A DNA stretch of 14,032 bases from a bacterium (GTDB lineage: Bacteria > Patescibacteriota > CG2-30-54-11): contig JAKQHK010000067.1 of the NCBI GenBank assembly GCA_029573015.1, forward strand, positions 1 to 14,032, in the 5' to 3' direction. Under the pieces are notes generated by a model that saw nothing but the letters and a program-made list of their open reading frames with translations, searched no databases and was not told where the DNA came from. How positions within the stretch are numbered: the stretch's first letter is position 1; each line of letters begins with the position of its first letter. This document shows positions 1-5,894 of the stretch, in pieces. The position numbers were made by a program, and so were the translations under genes.

Positions 1-20
1 TTTAGAACACTACCGTAATC

Positions 21-41
21 CCGGGGGCGTAAGCCCCACGG
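21..41. repeat. IS left-end subterminal hairpin (GTAA tetraloop)
   Basis: CCG GGGGC GTAA GCCCC a CGG. The stem is 5+3 bp and lies upstream of tnpA. Confidence 0.55.
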
Positions 42-76
42 ATGAAGTTGATTCCAGAATCGTGTAATATGAGTTC

Positions 77-508
77 ATGAAATACAACAGACAAAGTAAC
101 GCGATATATAAGTGTGAGTACCATTTGGTGATGACGAGTAAGTATCGTCGGAAGATATTTAATGATGGGGTTATGGAGTATCTGCGGGTAAAGATGTTAG
201 AGATACGGAAGCGTTACGCGGCAGTAGAGGTACTAACAGCAAATCACGACAGGGATCATGTACATATAATGATAAGCATACCACCGAAGATGAGTGTAGG
301 GAGCGTGGTGAGGATAATCAAGAGCAATACAGCGAGGGAGTTAAAGGAGAAGTTTGAACATATACGAAAAGCCTATTGGGGTACAGAGAGTGTATGGTCG
401 GGAGGATATTTTGTCAGCACGGTGGGGATGAACGAGGAAGTGATACGAAAGTACGTTGAGCTGCAAGGGCAAGAAGATTCTGGACAAGCGAAGCTTGACC
501 TAGGCTAA
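77..508 (+). CDS. tnpA: IS200/IS605-family transposase TnpA (Y1 HUH single-strand transposase)
   Basis: The size (143 aa) is typical. It has the N-terminal 'YHLVMTSKYRRKIF' block, the HUH motif in 'DRDHVHIMISIPPK', and a C-terminal Tyr-containing helix 'EEVIRKYVELQ', which I take as the plausible catalytic Tyr. Confidence 0.9.
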   Translation: MKYNRQSNAIYKCEYHLVMTSKYRRKIFNDGVMEYLRVKMLEIRKRYAAVEVLTANHDRDHVHIMISIPPKMSVGSVVRIIKSNTARELKEKFEHIRKAYWGTESVWSGGYFVSTVGMNEEVIRKYVELQGQEDSGQAKLDLG

Positions 509-510
509 TG

Positions 511-530
511 CCGGCAGCGTAAGCTGCCGG
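511..530. repeat. IS right-end subterminal hairpin (GTAA tetraloop)
   Basis: CCGGCAGC GTAA GCTGCCGG has a perfect 8-bp stem and starts 3 nt after the tnpA stop (TAA at 506-508). It has the same loop as the left-end hairpin. Confidence 0.6.
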
Positions 531-564
531 AAGTTTACCTTTATTAATTATCGATTTGATCACG

Positions 565-1314
565 ATGACATGGAATCAATGGCGTGATTTTGTAAACAGC
601 AAATTATACGATGTCGCGTTTGTCATTTTTATTATAATCTTTTTTTCCAGCTCAACTTTTCAGGATATGCTTCCTAGAGAGCGGCATAGCATGGAGGGGT
701 TAGTCTTTACCTTCGGTTTCGTTGCATTGTATTATGCTCCCAAGTTGGTTTTGCGGAGGCTTATTCGTGAACAGCAGCGAGAAGAAGATCGGCTGGTAAA
801 TCTAGAAATGGATGCCTCAGGCGAAAAAAGGTTTACACGAGCATTAACCGATGCCGAGAAAAATCATATATATAAAGCTATGCAGCGTATTTGGGTACGC
901 GTCGCTCTGGCATTGGCAGTTGGACTGTATATCGGTTTATATGTTTTTACCAAGAGCAAAGCGAATCTTGATCCAATCCTTGCGGCATTCCTCGGAATTG
1001 TATTGGCAGGCATTGGAGTAGCGCGAGAGCTGGATAAAAATCGAAAACTCTATTTGGATTTGCGTACTGATGCAGTAATGCAGGTTGAGGGAGAATTAGT
1101 TCGGGAGATTGATTATGGTAAATATAACAAAAAATTCATTAAGTTTATTGTGCGAGGACAGGTTTTCGAAGACACGGTTACTCCTGGATTGAAGCAGGTA
1201 TATGATCAATTCGAAGAGGACGAGGCAGTCAGGATATTATTTTCTCCATATACGAAATTAGTTTACACCATCGAAAGTACCAAGAGACCTGGGATAAAAT
1301 TTGAAATGGTATAG
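565..1314 (+). CDS. Membrane protein, paralog A of a tandem pair. It has 4 predicted TM helices, a charged loop 'LIREQQREEDR' and a roughly 95-aa C-terminal soluble domain. The family is not recognised.
   Basis: This is a long ORF (the ORF track starts at TTG 556; the first ATG is at 565). Two hydrophobic pairs of helices are separated by a charged loop. Large conserved blocks are shared with the next ORF: LIRxQQRxEDR, RTDAVMQVEGELxREI, xVRGxxF and FxEDExVRI. The DNA is visibly AT-rich compared with its neighbours. Confidence 0.6.
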   Translation: MTWNQWRDFVNSKLYDVAFVIFIIIFFSSSTFQDMLPRERHSMEGLVFTFGFVALYYAPKLVLRRLIREQQREEDRLVNLEMDASGEKRFTRALTDAEKNHIYKAMQRIWVRVALALAVGLYIGLYVFTKSKANLDPILAAFLGIVLAGIGVARELDKNRKLYLDLRTDAVMQVEGELVREIDYGKYNKKFIKFIVRGQVFEDTVTPGLKQVYDQFEEDEAVRILFSPYTKLVYTIESTKRPGIKFEMV

Positions 1315-1320
1315 AATACC

Positions 1321-2091
1321 GTGTCTAATCGAAGTAATGAGCATAAACCGAATCGATTGCGCAATTTTATTAATAGCGGCTCATATGAGTTAATAGCTGC
1401 TATTATTATTTTTATAGTGGTTATCATTTTGCCACTGAGTGATTTTGGTCCTAAAATACAACGAAATCAGACAAGCCTATTATTTTTTTTCATTTTTTTA
1501 ATCGTTATTTTTATACCAAAGAATTATGTTCAATCTTTAATTCGCAAGCAGCAGCGGGCAGAAGACAGGCAGACGAATGTGAAGATTGATGCTGCGGGAG
1601 AGCCGAGATTGATCCGTGATTTGCGTGAATCTGAAAAACGATTACTTATGAAAACAAAACAGCAATTTATGCTTCAAATGGTATTATTCATGGTTGCTGC
1701 TCTGTTCTTTATTTTCTTTTTGTATCTTGAAAGTTTTAGGTTGCCTTTTTTGTTGTTATTTGTAGCATATCTTGGCATTTTTACTTTTCGAGGTATATTA
1801 AGTTATGTCGATGGATTCCGGTTGATATATTATGATCAGAGAACTGATGCGGTCATGCAAGTCGAGGGAGAATTAATTCGAGAAATCCTGAAAACCCGTC
1901 GTGGGTTAGATGTAACCTATATCGTACGGGGTGTTGCATTTACCAATTCTGTTTCCAAAAGGCTTGAAAAAATAGCCTATCGGTTTATGGAGGATGAACC
2001 CGTACGTATAGAATATGGTCCTCATTCCAAAATAATTTTTCGCATAACCAGCCTGGTTCGTTCAGGCATCAGTGAAGATTTTACGAGCTAG
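1321..2091 (+). CDS. Membrane protein, paralog B of the tandem pair. It has the same architecture as 565-1314 and probably a GTG start.
   Basis: The ORF begins with GTG at 1321, 6 nt after the stop of paralog A, and has no in-frame ATG until far downstream. It shares the motifs 'LIRKQQRAEDR', 'DQRTDAVMQVEGELIREI', 'YIVRGVAF' and 'FMEDEPVRIEYGP' with paralog A. The sequence is AT-rich. Confidence 0.6.
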   Translation: MSNRSNEHKPNRLRNFINSGSYELIAAIIIFIVVIILPLSDFGPKIQRNQTSLLFFFIFLIVIFIPKNYVQSLIRKQQRAEDRQTNVKIDAAGEPRLIRDLRESEKRLLMKTKQQFMLQMVLFMVAALFFIFFLYLESFRLPFLLLFVAYLGIFTFRGILSYVDGFRLIYYDQRTDAVMQVEGELIREILKTRRGLDVTYIVRGVAFTNSVSKRLEKIAYRFMEDEPVRIEYGPHSKIIFRITSLVRSGISEDFTS

Positions 2092-3341
2092 ACAGACAGG
2101 GATGCATGCTCGCCTGCTACCCAGCCAGTAGAAAAGGCTGCCTGCAGATTGTAGCCGCCCGTAGGGGCATCGAGGTCTAGTACTTCGCCGGCAAAATAGA
2201 GTCCTTTGACCAGGCGTGATTCCATGGTCTTGGGATTGATTTCTTGCAGACTGACACCCCCGCTGGTGATGATCGCATCTTTGAATCCGATCAGCCCGGT
2301 GATCGTACAGGGCAGCTTCCGCAGGAGCTCAAACAGTCTTTGTCGTTCCTGCCGATTAATCTGATTGCCAAGCTTGTCACGCGGTATGCCTGTCAGTTCG
2401 ACGAAGACAGGTATCAGGCTGGCTGGCAGGAGATTTTTTAGTATGCTCACAAAATACTTTTTGCCCTCCTGGTCGAAGTCGCGTTGCAGGCGGGCTTGCA
2501 GCTGGGTGTCGCTCAGCGCCGGCTTGAGATCAATATTTGCCTGCAGTGGTTCGGGCCAGTTATCCGGCGCACTGCCGTGAGACCGGAGATAGGTGGTTAT
2601 GTCCCTGCTGGCATCGAGGACAATTGGCCCGCTGATGCCGAAATGCGTGAAAAGCATCTCGCCGAATTTTGTACTGATCACCTGATTGGCAGCGCGGATG
2701 GTGAGCGCGACATTCTTGAGACCCAAGCCCTGGACATTTTTGATCCATTTCTCTGAGCAGGTCAGTGGGGTAAGAGCTGGGTAAAGATCCAGGACTCTAT
2801 GCCCGCTCTGTTCAGCAAAGGCATAACCGTCTCCGGTTGAGCCGGTGCCGGGATAACTTTTTCCACCGGTTGTTATGATGACACGGTCGGCAGATAGTTC
2901 CTTGCTGTTAATCTGGATACCGGTTACTTGTCCGTTATTATGCAGGATGTTTTCTACCCGCTGTCCATAGCGCATTTTTGCCTGGCTGGCATAGCTTGTC
3001 AGAGCATCGCGGACATCCGTGCTTTTCTGGGATACGGGAAATATGCGGCCGCCGCGTTCTGTGACCGTCTCCACGCCATGTCTTTTCAGCAGCTCAAGCA
3101 GCTCAGGCCGGAAGAACTGATGAAAAGCTCCATAGAGGAATTCGCCATGCGGCGAGTAAGCTGTGATGAATTCAGGCAAGTCGGCAGCGTTTGTGAGATT
3201 GCAGCGGCCTTTGCCGCTGATAAGTAGCTTGTAGCCGGCAATATCGTTGCGCTCATAGACGGTAACCTGAGCGCCATGTTCCAGAGCCCGTCCGGCAGCC
3301 ATAAGGCCGGCTGGACCGGCACCGATAATGCATATTTTCAT
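2088..3341 (-). CDS. HI0933/BaiN-like NAD(P)/FAD-dependent oxidoreductase (aminoacetone-oxidase-family flavoprotein)
   Basis: The N-terminal Rossmann dinucleotide motif 'MKICIIGAGPAGLMAAG...VTVYER' is present, followed by 'LISGKGRCNLTN' and C-terminal 'GLYFAGEVLDLDAPTGGYNLQAAFSTGWVAG', which are typical of the HI0933-like family. I place the start at the ATG encoding MKICIIG (3341) rather than the upstream in-frame ATG at 3389, because the GxGxxG normally sits within about 10 residues of the N-terminus. Confidence 0.85.
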   Translation of the reverse strand: MKICIIGAGPAGLMAAGRALEHGAQVTVYERNDIAGYKLLISGKGRCNLTNAADLPEFITAYSPHGEFLYGAFHQFFRPELLELLKRHGVETVTERGGRIFPVSQKSTDVRDALTSYASQAKMRYGQRVENILHNNGQVTGIQINSKELSADRVIITTGGKSYPGTGSTGDGYAFAEQSGHRVLDLYPALTPLTCSEKWIKNVQGLGLKNVALTIRAANQVISTKFGEMLFTHFGISGPIVLDASRDITTYLRSHGSAPDNWPEPLQANIDLKPALSDTQLQARLQRDFDQEGKKYFVSILKNLLPASLIPVFVELTGIPRDKLGNQINRQERQRLFELLRKLPCTITGLIGFKDAIITSGGVSLQEINPKTMESRLVKGLYFAGEVLDLDAPTGGYNLQAAFSTGWVAGEHASLSV

Positions 3342-3375
3342 AGATATACTTTCTGCGAGTACTGTTGGGAGTGCA

Positions 3376-3840
3376 TTACAGGACATCAAAGGTTACATCA
3401 GTCGCGTCAACAGGGAAAACCTGGGATGTTGCTTTCCCGATTCTGAAGAGTTCATGTCCGAGGAAATACAGGACGAATCCCTGTCTGACCTCGCCGGTTG
3501 CGTAACCGTACAAATGATAGGTGTGCATGTCCTGGTCGACTGCATAGTATACACCCGGTTTCGGCTGACTGCCTGCGAGCAGTTCATCATAGTTGTGTAA
3601 TTCCACCAAAAGTTGTTGGTCGGTAACCGCGGTACGCAATGTAGCATAGGAGGGATAGCTGTCAGCATCTTGGTACATTAGCTGCAGCAGGTCGTTGAGC
3701 TCATGCATGTCCGCGCGCACGAGCATGTCCACAGAGCCGCAGGCACAGGGAAAGTGCAGACCGTAGTCAGTACTGTGCACGCGGAGGGTGAAGAGTGCGG
3801 GCAAACAGAGGCAGAGGATAATGATGATTTTTGTTCGCAT
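3376..3840 (-). CDS. Small exported protein of unknown function (signal peptide, probable SPase I site after VHS)
   Basis: The N-terminus 'MRTKIIIILCLCLPALFTLRVHS' is a basic n-region followed by a hydrophobic core. There is no canonical lipobox. The gene sits 22 nt downstream of the radical SAM gene on the same strand. Confidence 0.6.
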   Translation of the reverse strand: MRTKIIIILCLCLPALFTLRVHSTDYGLHFPCACGSVDMLVRADMHELNDLLQLMYQDADSYPSYATLRTAVTDQQLLVELHNYDELLAGSQPKPGVYYAVDQDMHTYHLYGYATGEVRQGFVLYFLGHELFRIGKATSQVFPVDATDVTFDVL

Positions 3841-3862
3841 GGGATTTCCTGTTAATCTGAGC

Positions 3863-5209
3863 TTATTCTATGCCGTAGGCTAGTCGTCTGGCAAGCCGGC
3901 CGAGTGCGTGCATGCATCCATGATTGGCAAGCATGGATGTCAGTTTGCCGAATTTCCGATAACCGAGGTTGAAGAGCAGATAGGGCATACGTTGTCTGGG
4001 AGCCAGCGGCAGGCGTTTCCAGATATTCTTCCAGCTATAAAACTGATCATACATCCAGAGATAGCCTGTATAGAGTTCCGCAGCGGTTAGTTGATGTGGT
4101 TTAAAGACAACGTGAGCGGTATTATACTGAGACCAATTCTTATCAATGATGCGATTTTCTTTTATATAACGCTGGTACAATTTTGTTCCGGGATAGGGCG
4201 TGAGGATATGAGCAGTCATGGTTTCGATGCGATTGCGTACCAGCCAGTCCAGCGTAGCCGGGAATGTCTCCGGTGTATCGGTATCGAATCCGAAAACCAG
4301 GCTGGCGTTGATCATGATATGGCGGTCGTGGATAGCGGTGATAGTCTGTTCATAGCTGGCGACGCGGTTCTGATGCTTGTTCGCTCTGGTGAGCGCCTGC
4401 TCGTTAATGGTTTCAAAACCGATGAACAGGCTTTGGCATCCGGTTGCGGCCATACGGTCGAGCAGCTCGGGATATTTGCCGATATTGGCAGAAACCGCCG
4501 CATTCCATTTCAAGCCGAGCGGTTCGATAGCCTGCAATAATTCTTTAGTCCAGGCGGGATTTCCGATAAAGTTATCATCGATGAACATGACATGCCTAGT
4601 GGGCAACCGTTCAATTTCTGCAACAACCTGGGCAACCGGACGGGCGCGATGACCAGGATGGACATAGGAACAGCTATTGTAACAAAATTCACAGCGGAAT
4701 GGGCAGCCGCGGCTGGCACAGATGATATTGGTGTATAAATACGCTGATTGATCGATTGCTTCCCAGCGTGGTATGGGTATAGTAGCCGGATCAACAGGTC
4801 GAGATGCCGCATACCTTTTTTTCAGCTTTTTGTTCTGGCAGTCAGTCAGTATTTCTATCCAGACTGGTTCAGCTTCACCGATGCAGACGCTGTCAGCGTG
4901 CTGTTCTGCCTCATCGGGACAGGCGCTCGCATGAATGCCTCCGAGGATAACAGGTATACCGAGCTGGCGATACGCGTCGGCTATGTCATATGCCCGGTAG
5001 GCTGTATCAACAGTAACCGTGATACCAACAAGATCTGTTACAGGATGCATGCGTAAGGGTTTGCTGTTTTCGTCAGCGATGCAGACCGTATGTTGAGAAG
5101 GCGTCAGAGCAGCCAGAGTCAGCAAGGAAAGGGAGGGAGACATGTGGCGCTTATACTCGCTGTCCATGGGTCTGAGGCTCATGCGGGGTGATACCAGGGT
5201 TATATGCAT
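3863..5209 (-). CDS. B12-binding domain radical SAM protein (class B rSAM)
   Basis: An N-terminal cobalamin-binding-like domain ('VGITVTVDTAYRAYDIADAYRQLGIPVILGGIHASACPDEA') is followed by the canonical CxxxCxxC cluster in 'CASRGCPFRCEFCYN', encoded around 4676-4706 on the minus strand. The start codon overlaps the last codons of the upstream membrane-protein gene. Confidence 0.85.
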   Translation of the reverse strand: MHITLVSPRMSLRPMDSEYKRHMSPSLSLLTLAALTPSQHTVCIADENSKPLRMHPVTDLVGITVTVDTAYRAYDIADAYRQLGIPVILGGIHASACPDEAEQHADSVCIGEAEPVWIEILTDCQNKKLKKRYAASRPVDPATIPIPRWEAIDQSAYLYTNIICASRGCPFRCEFCYNSCSYVHPGHRARPVAQVVAEIERLPTRHVMFIDDNFIGNPAWTKELLQAIEPLGLKWNAAVSANIGKYPELLDRMAATGCQSLFIGFETINEQALTRANKHQNRVASYEQTITAIHDRHIMINASLVFGFDTDTPETFPATLDWLVRNRIETMTAHILTPYPGTKLYQRYIKENRIIDKNWSQYNTAHVVFKPHQLTAAELYTGYLWMYDQFYSWKNIWKRLPLAPRQRMPYLLFNLGYRKFGKLTSMLANHGCMHALGRLARRLAYGIE

Positions 5210-5775
5210 GGTTTGTCCTGTCCTGACTGCAGTAAGCGGATTAGTTCTCCTGCGAATATGGCACCCAGCAGGTTGACGAACAGATCAATCATTGTATCCC
5301 CGTAATAATGCGGTTTATCGAGGTGATACCCCAGCCGGATACTGTATTCCAGAAATTCATTGGCATTACCTATTAAGAGGACTATGCCCGCGATGAGTGC
5401 TTCCCTGAGCCAGGCTTGTTTACTTTTGACCCAGGAGAATACGAGCGGCATGACTAACACGCCAAAACAGGTCGCCCAGAGAAAGTGCTCGATGCGGTTG
5501 AGCCATAGCCAGGAATACGGCCATTTTTCAGTGAGCAGCAGGCGTTTGATCATCGATGCAGTGACCGGATATGCAAAGGCAACGCTGTAAAACAGTCTAC
5601 GAAGCGGTATGGTTATGCTTTGATCGGCGTTGGCGATAATAGTTATGCCAGCGAGTAAAAACCAGGCCGCGAGCATGCCGAACCAGAGCGGAAACAGGCT
5701 GAGAGAAAAGCCGAGCACGCTGACGGCAATAATACTAAGGGGAACAAGAATAGATCGATTCCGGGAGAGTTGCAT
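5200..5775 (-). CDS. Polytopic membrane protein, possibly VanZ-like family
   Basis: The 191-aa protein has 5-6 hydrophobic helices. Its C-terminal 'GDTMIDLFVNLLGAIFAGE' fits the D-x2-D-x3-N-x2-G-x3-G pattern I associate with VanZ-like proteins. An AAAGGAA Shine-Dalgarno lies 4 nt upstream of the ATG. It overlaps the rSAM start by about 10 nt. The family call is tentative. Confidence 0.55.
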   Translation of the reverse strand: MQLSRNRSILVPLSIIAVSVLGFSLSLFPLWFGMLAAWFLLAGITIIANADQSITIPLRRLFYSVAFAYPVTASMIKRLLLTEKWPYSWLWLNRIEHFLWATCFGVLVMPLVFSWVKSKQAWLREALIAGIVLLIGNANEFLEYSIRLGYHLDKPHYYGDTMIDLFVNLLGAIFAGELIRLLQSGQDKPCI

Positions 5776-5821
5776 GGGTTTCCTTTCGTGTTACACTGCA
5801 GATGGGGAAACGCATGAGTCC

Positions 5822-5841
5822 GGGAAAAGTAACTTTTTCCC
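5822..5841. promoter_or_regulatory. Palindrome GGGAAAA-gtaact-TTTTCCC in the divergent intergenic region between the VanZ/rSAM operon and the peptidase gene
   Basis: The 7-bp arms were read directly. It is located between the two divergent starts (5775 and about 5895) and is a candidate operator. Confidence 0.3.
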
Positions 5842-5894
5842 CGCAGGCGTGTTATCGATTAACGTGTTCTGTTCATGATATGCAGGAGATGCGA

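Larger units (their letters stand above)
1..545 (+). mobile_element. IS200/IS605-family insertion sequence (tnpA only, no tnpB). Boundaries are approximate and the left end may be cut by the window edge.
   Basis: A 143-aa Y1 HUH transposase ORF has imperfect-palindrome hairpins on both sides, each with a GTAA loop: CCG-GGGGC-GTAA-GCCCC-a-CGG at 21-41 and CCGGCAGC-GTAA-GCTGCCGG at 511-530. This is the standard IS200 layout: a left-end hairpin upstream of tnpA and a right-end hairpin just after its stop. Confidence 0.6.

Noticed and set aside
2244-3227. Plus-strand ORFs 2244-2441, 2365-2580, 2484-2756 and 2928-3227 inside the flavoprotein gene
   Set aside because: They lie antisense to or overlap a strongly supported 418-aa minus-strand CDS with clear family motifs. 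Their translations are low-complexity (R/S/G/C-rich) with no start signals, so they are shadow ORFs.
3342-3389. Upstream extension of the flavoprotein to the ATG at 3389 ('MMSCNALPTVLAESIS' before MKICIIGAG)
   Set aside because: The Rossmann GxGxxG of this family sits at the extreme N-terminus. The extension would also overlap the 3' end of the exported-protein gene (3376-3840) by 14 nt. The MKICIIG start is more typical, though neither candidate has a clear SD.
3908-5056. Plus-strand ORFs 3908-4090, 4091-4540, 4377-4652 and 4748-5056, and minus-frame ORFs 4312-4503 and 4510-4812, inside the rSAM gene
   Set aside because: They are shadow or alternative-frame ORFs within a CDS that carries the B12-binding domain and the CxxxCxxC motif in its own frame. 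None has domain-like sequence.
5802-5894. The 5802 start for the peptidase-fusion ORF (extra 31 residues 'MGKRMSPGKV...')
   Set aside because: There is no SD at 5802. AGGAG sits 6 nt before ATG 5895, and the extension would run through the intergenic palindrome at 5822-5841. A longer N-terminus cannot be fully excluded.
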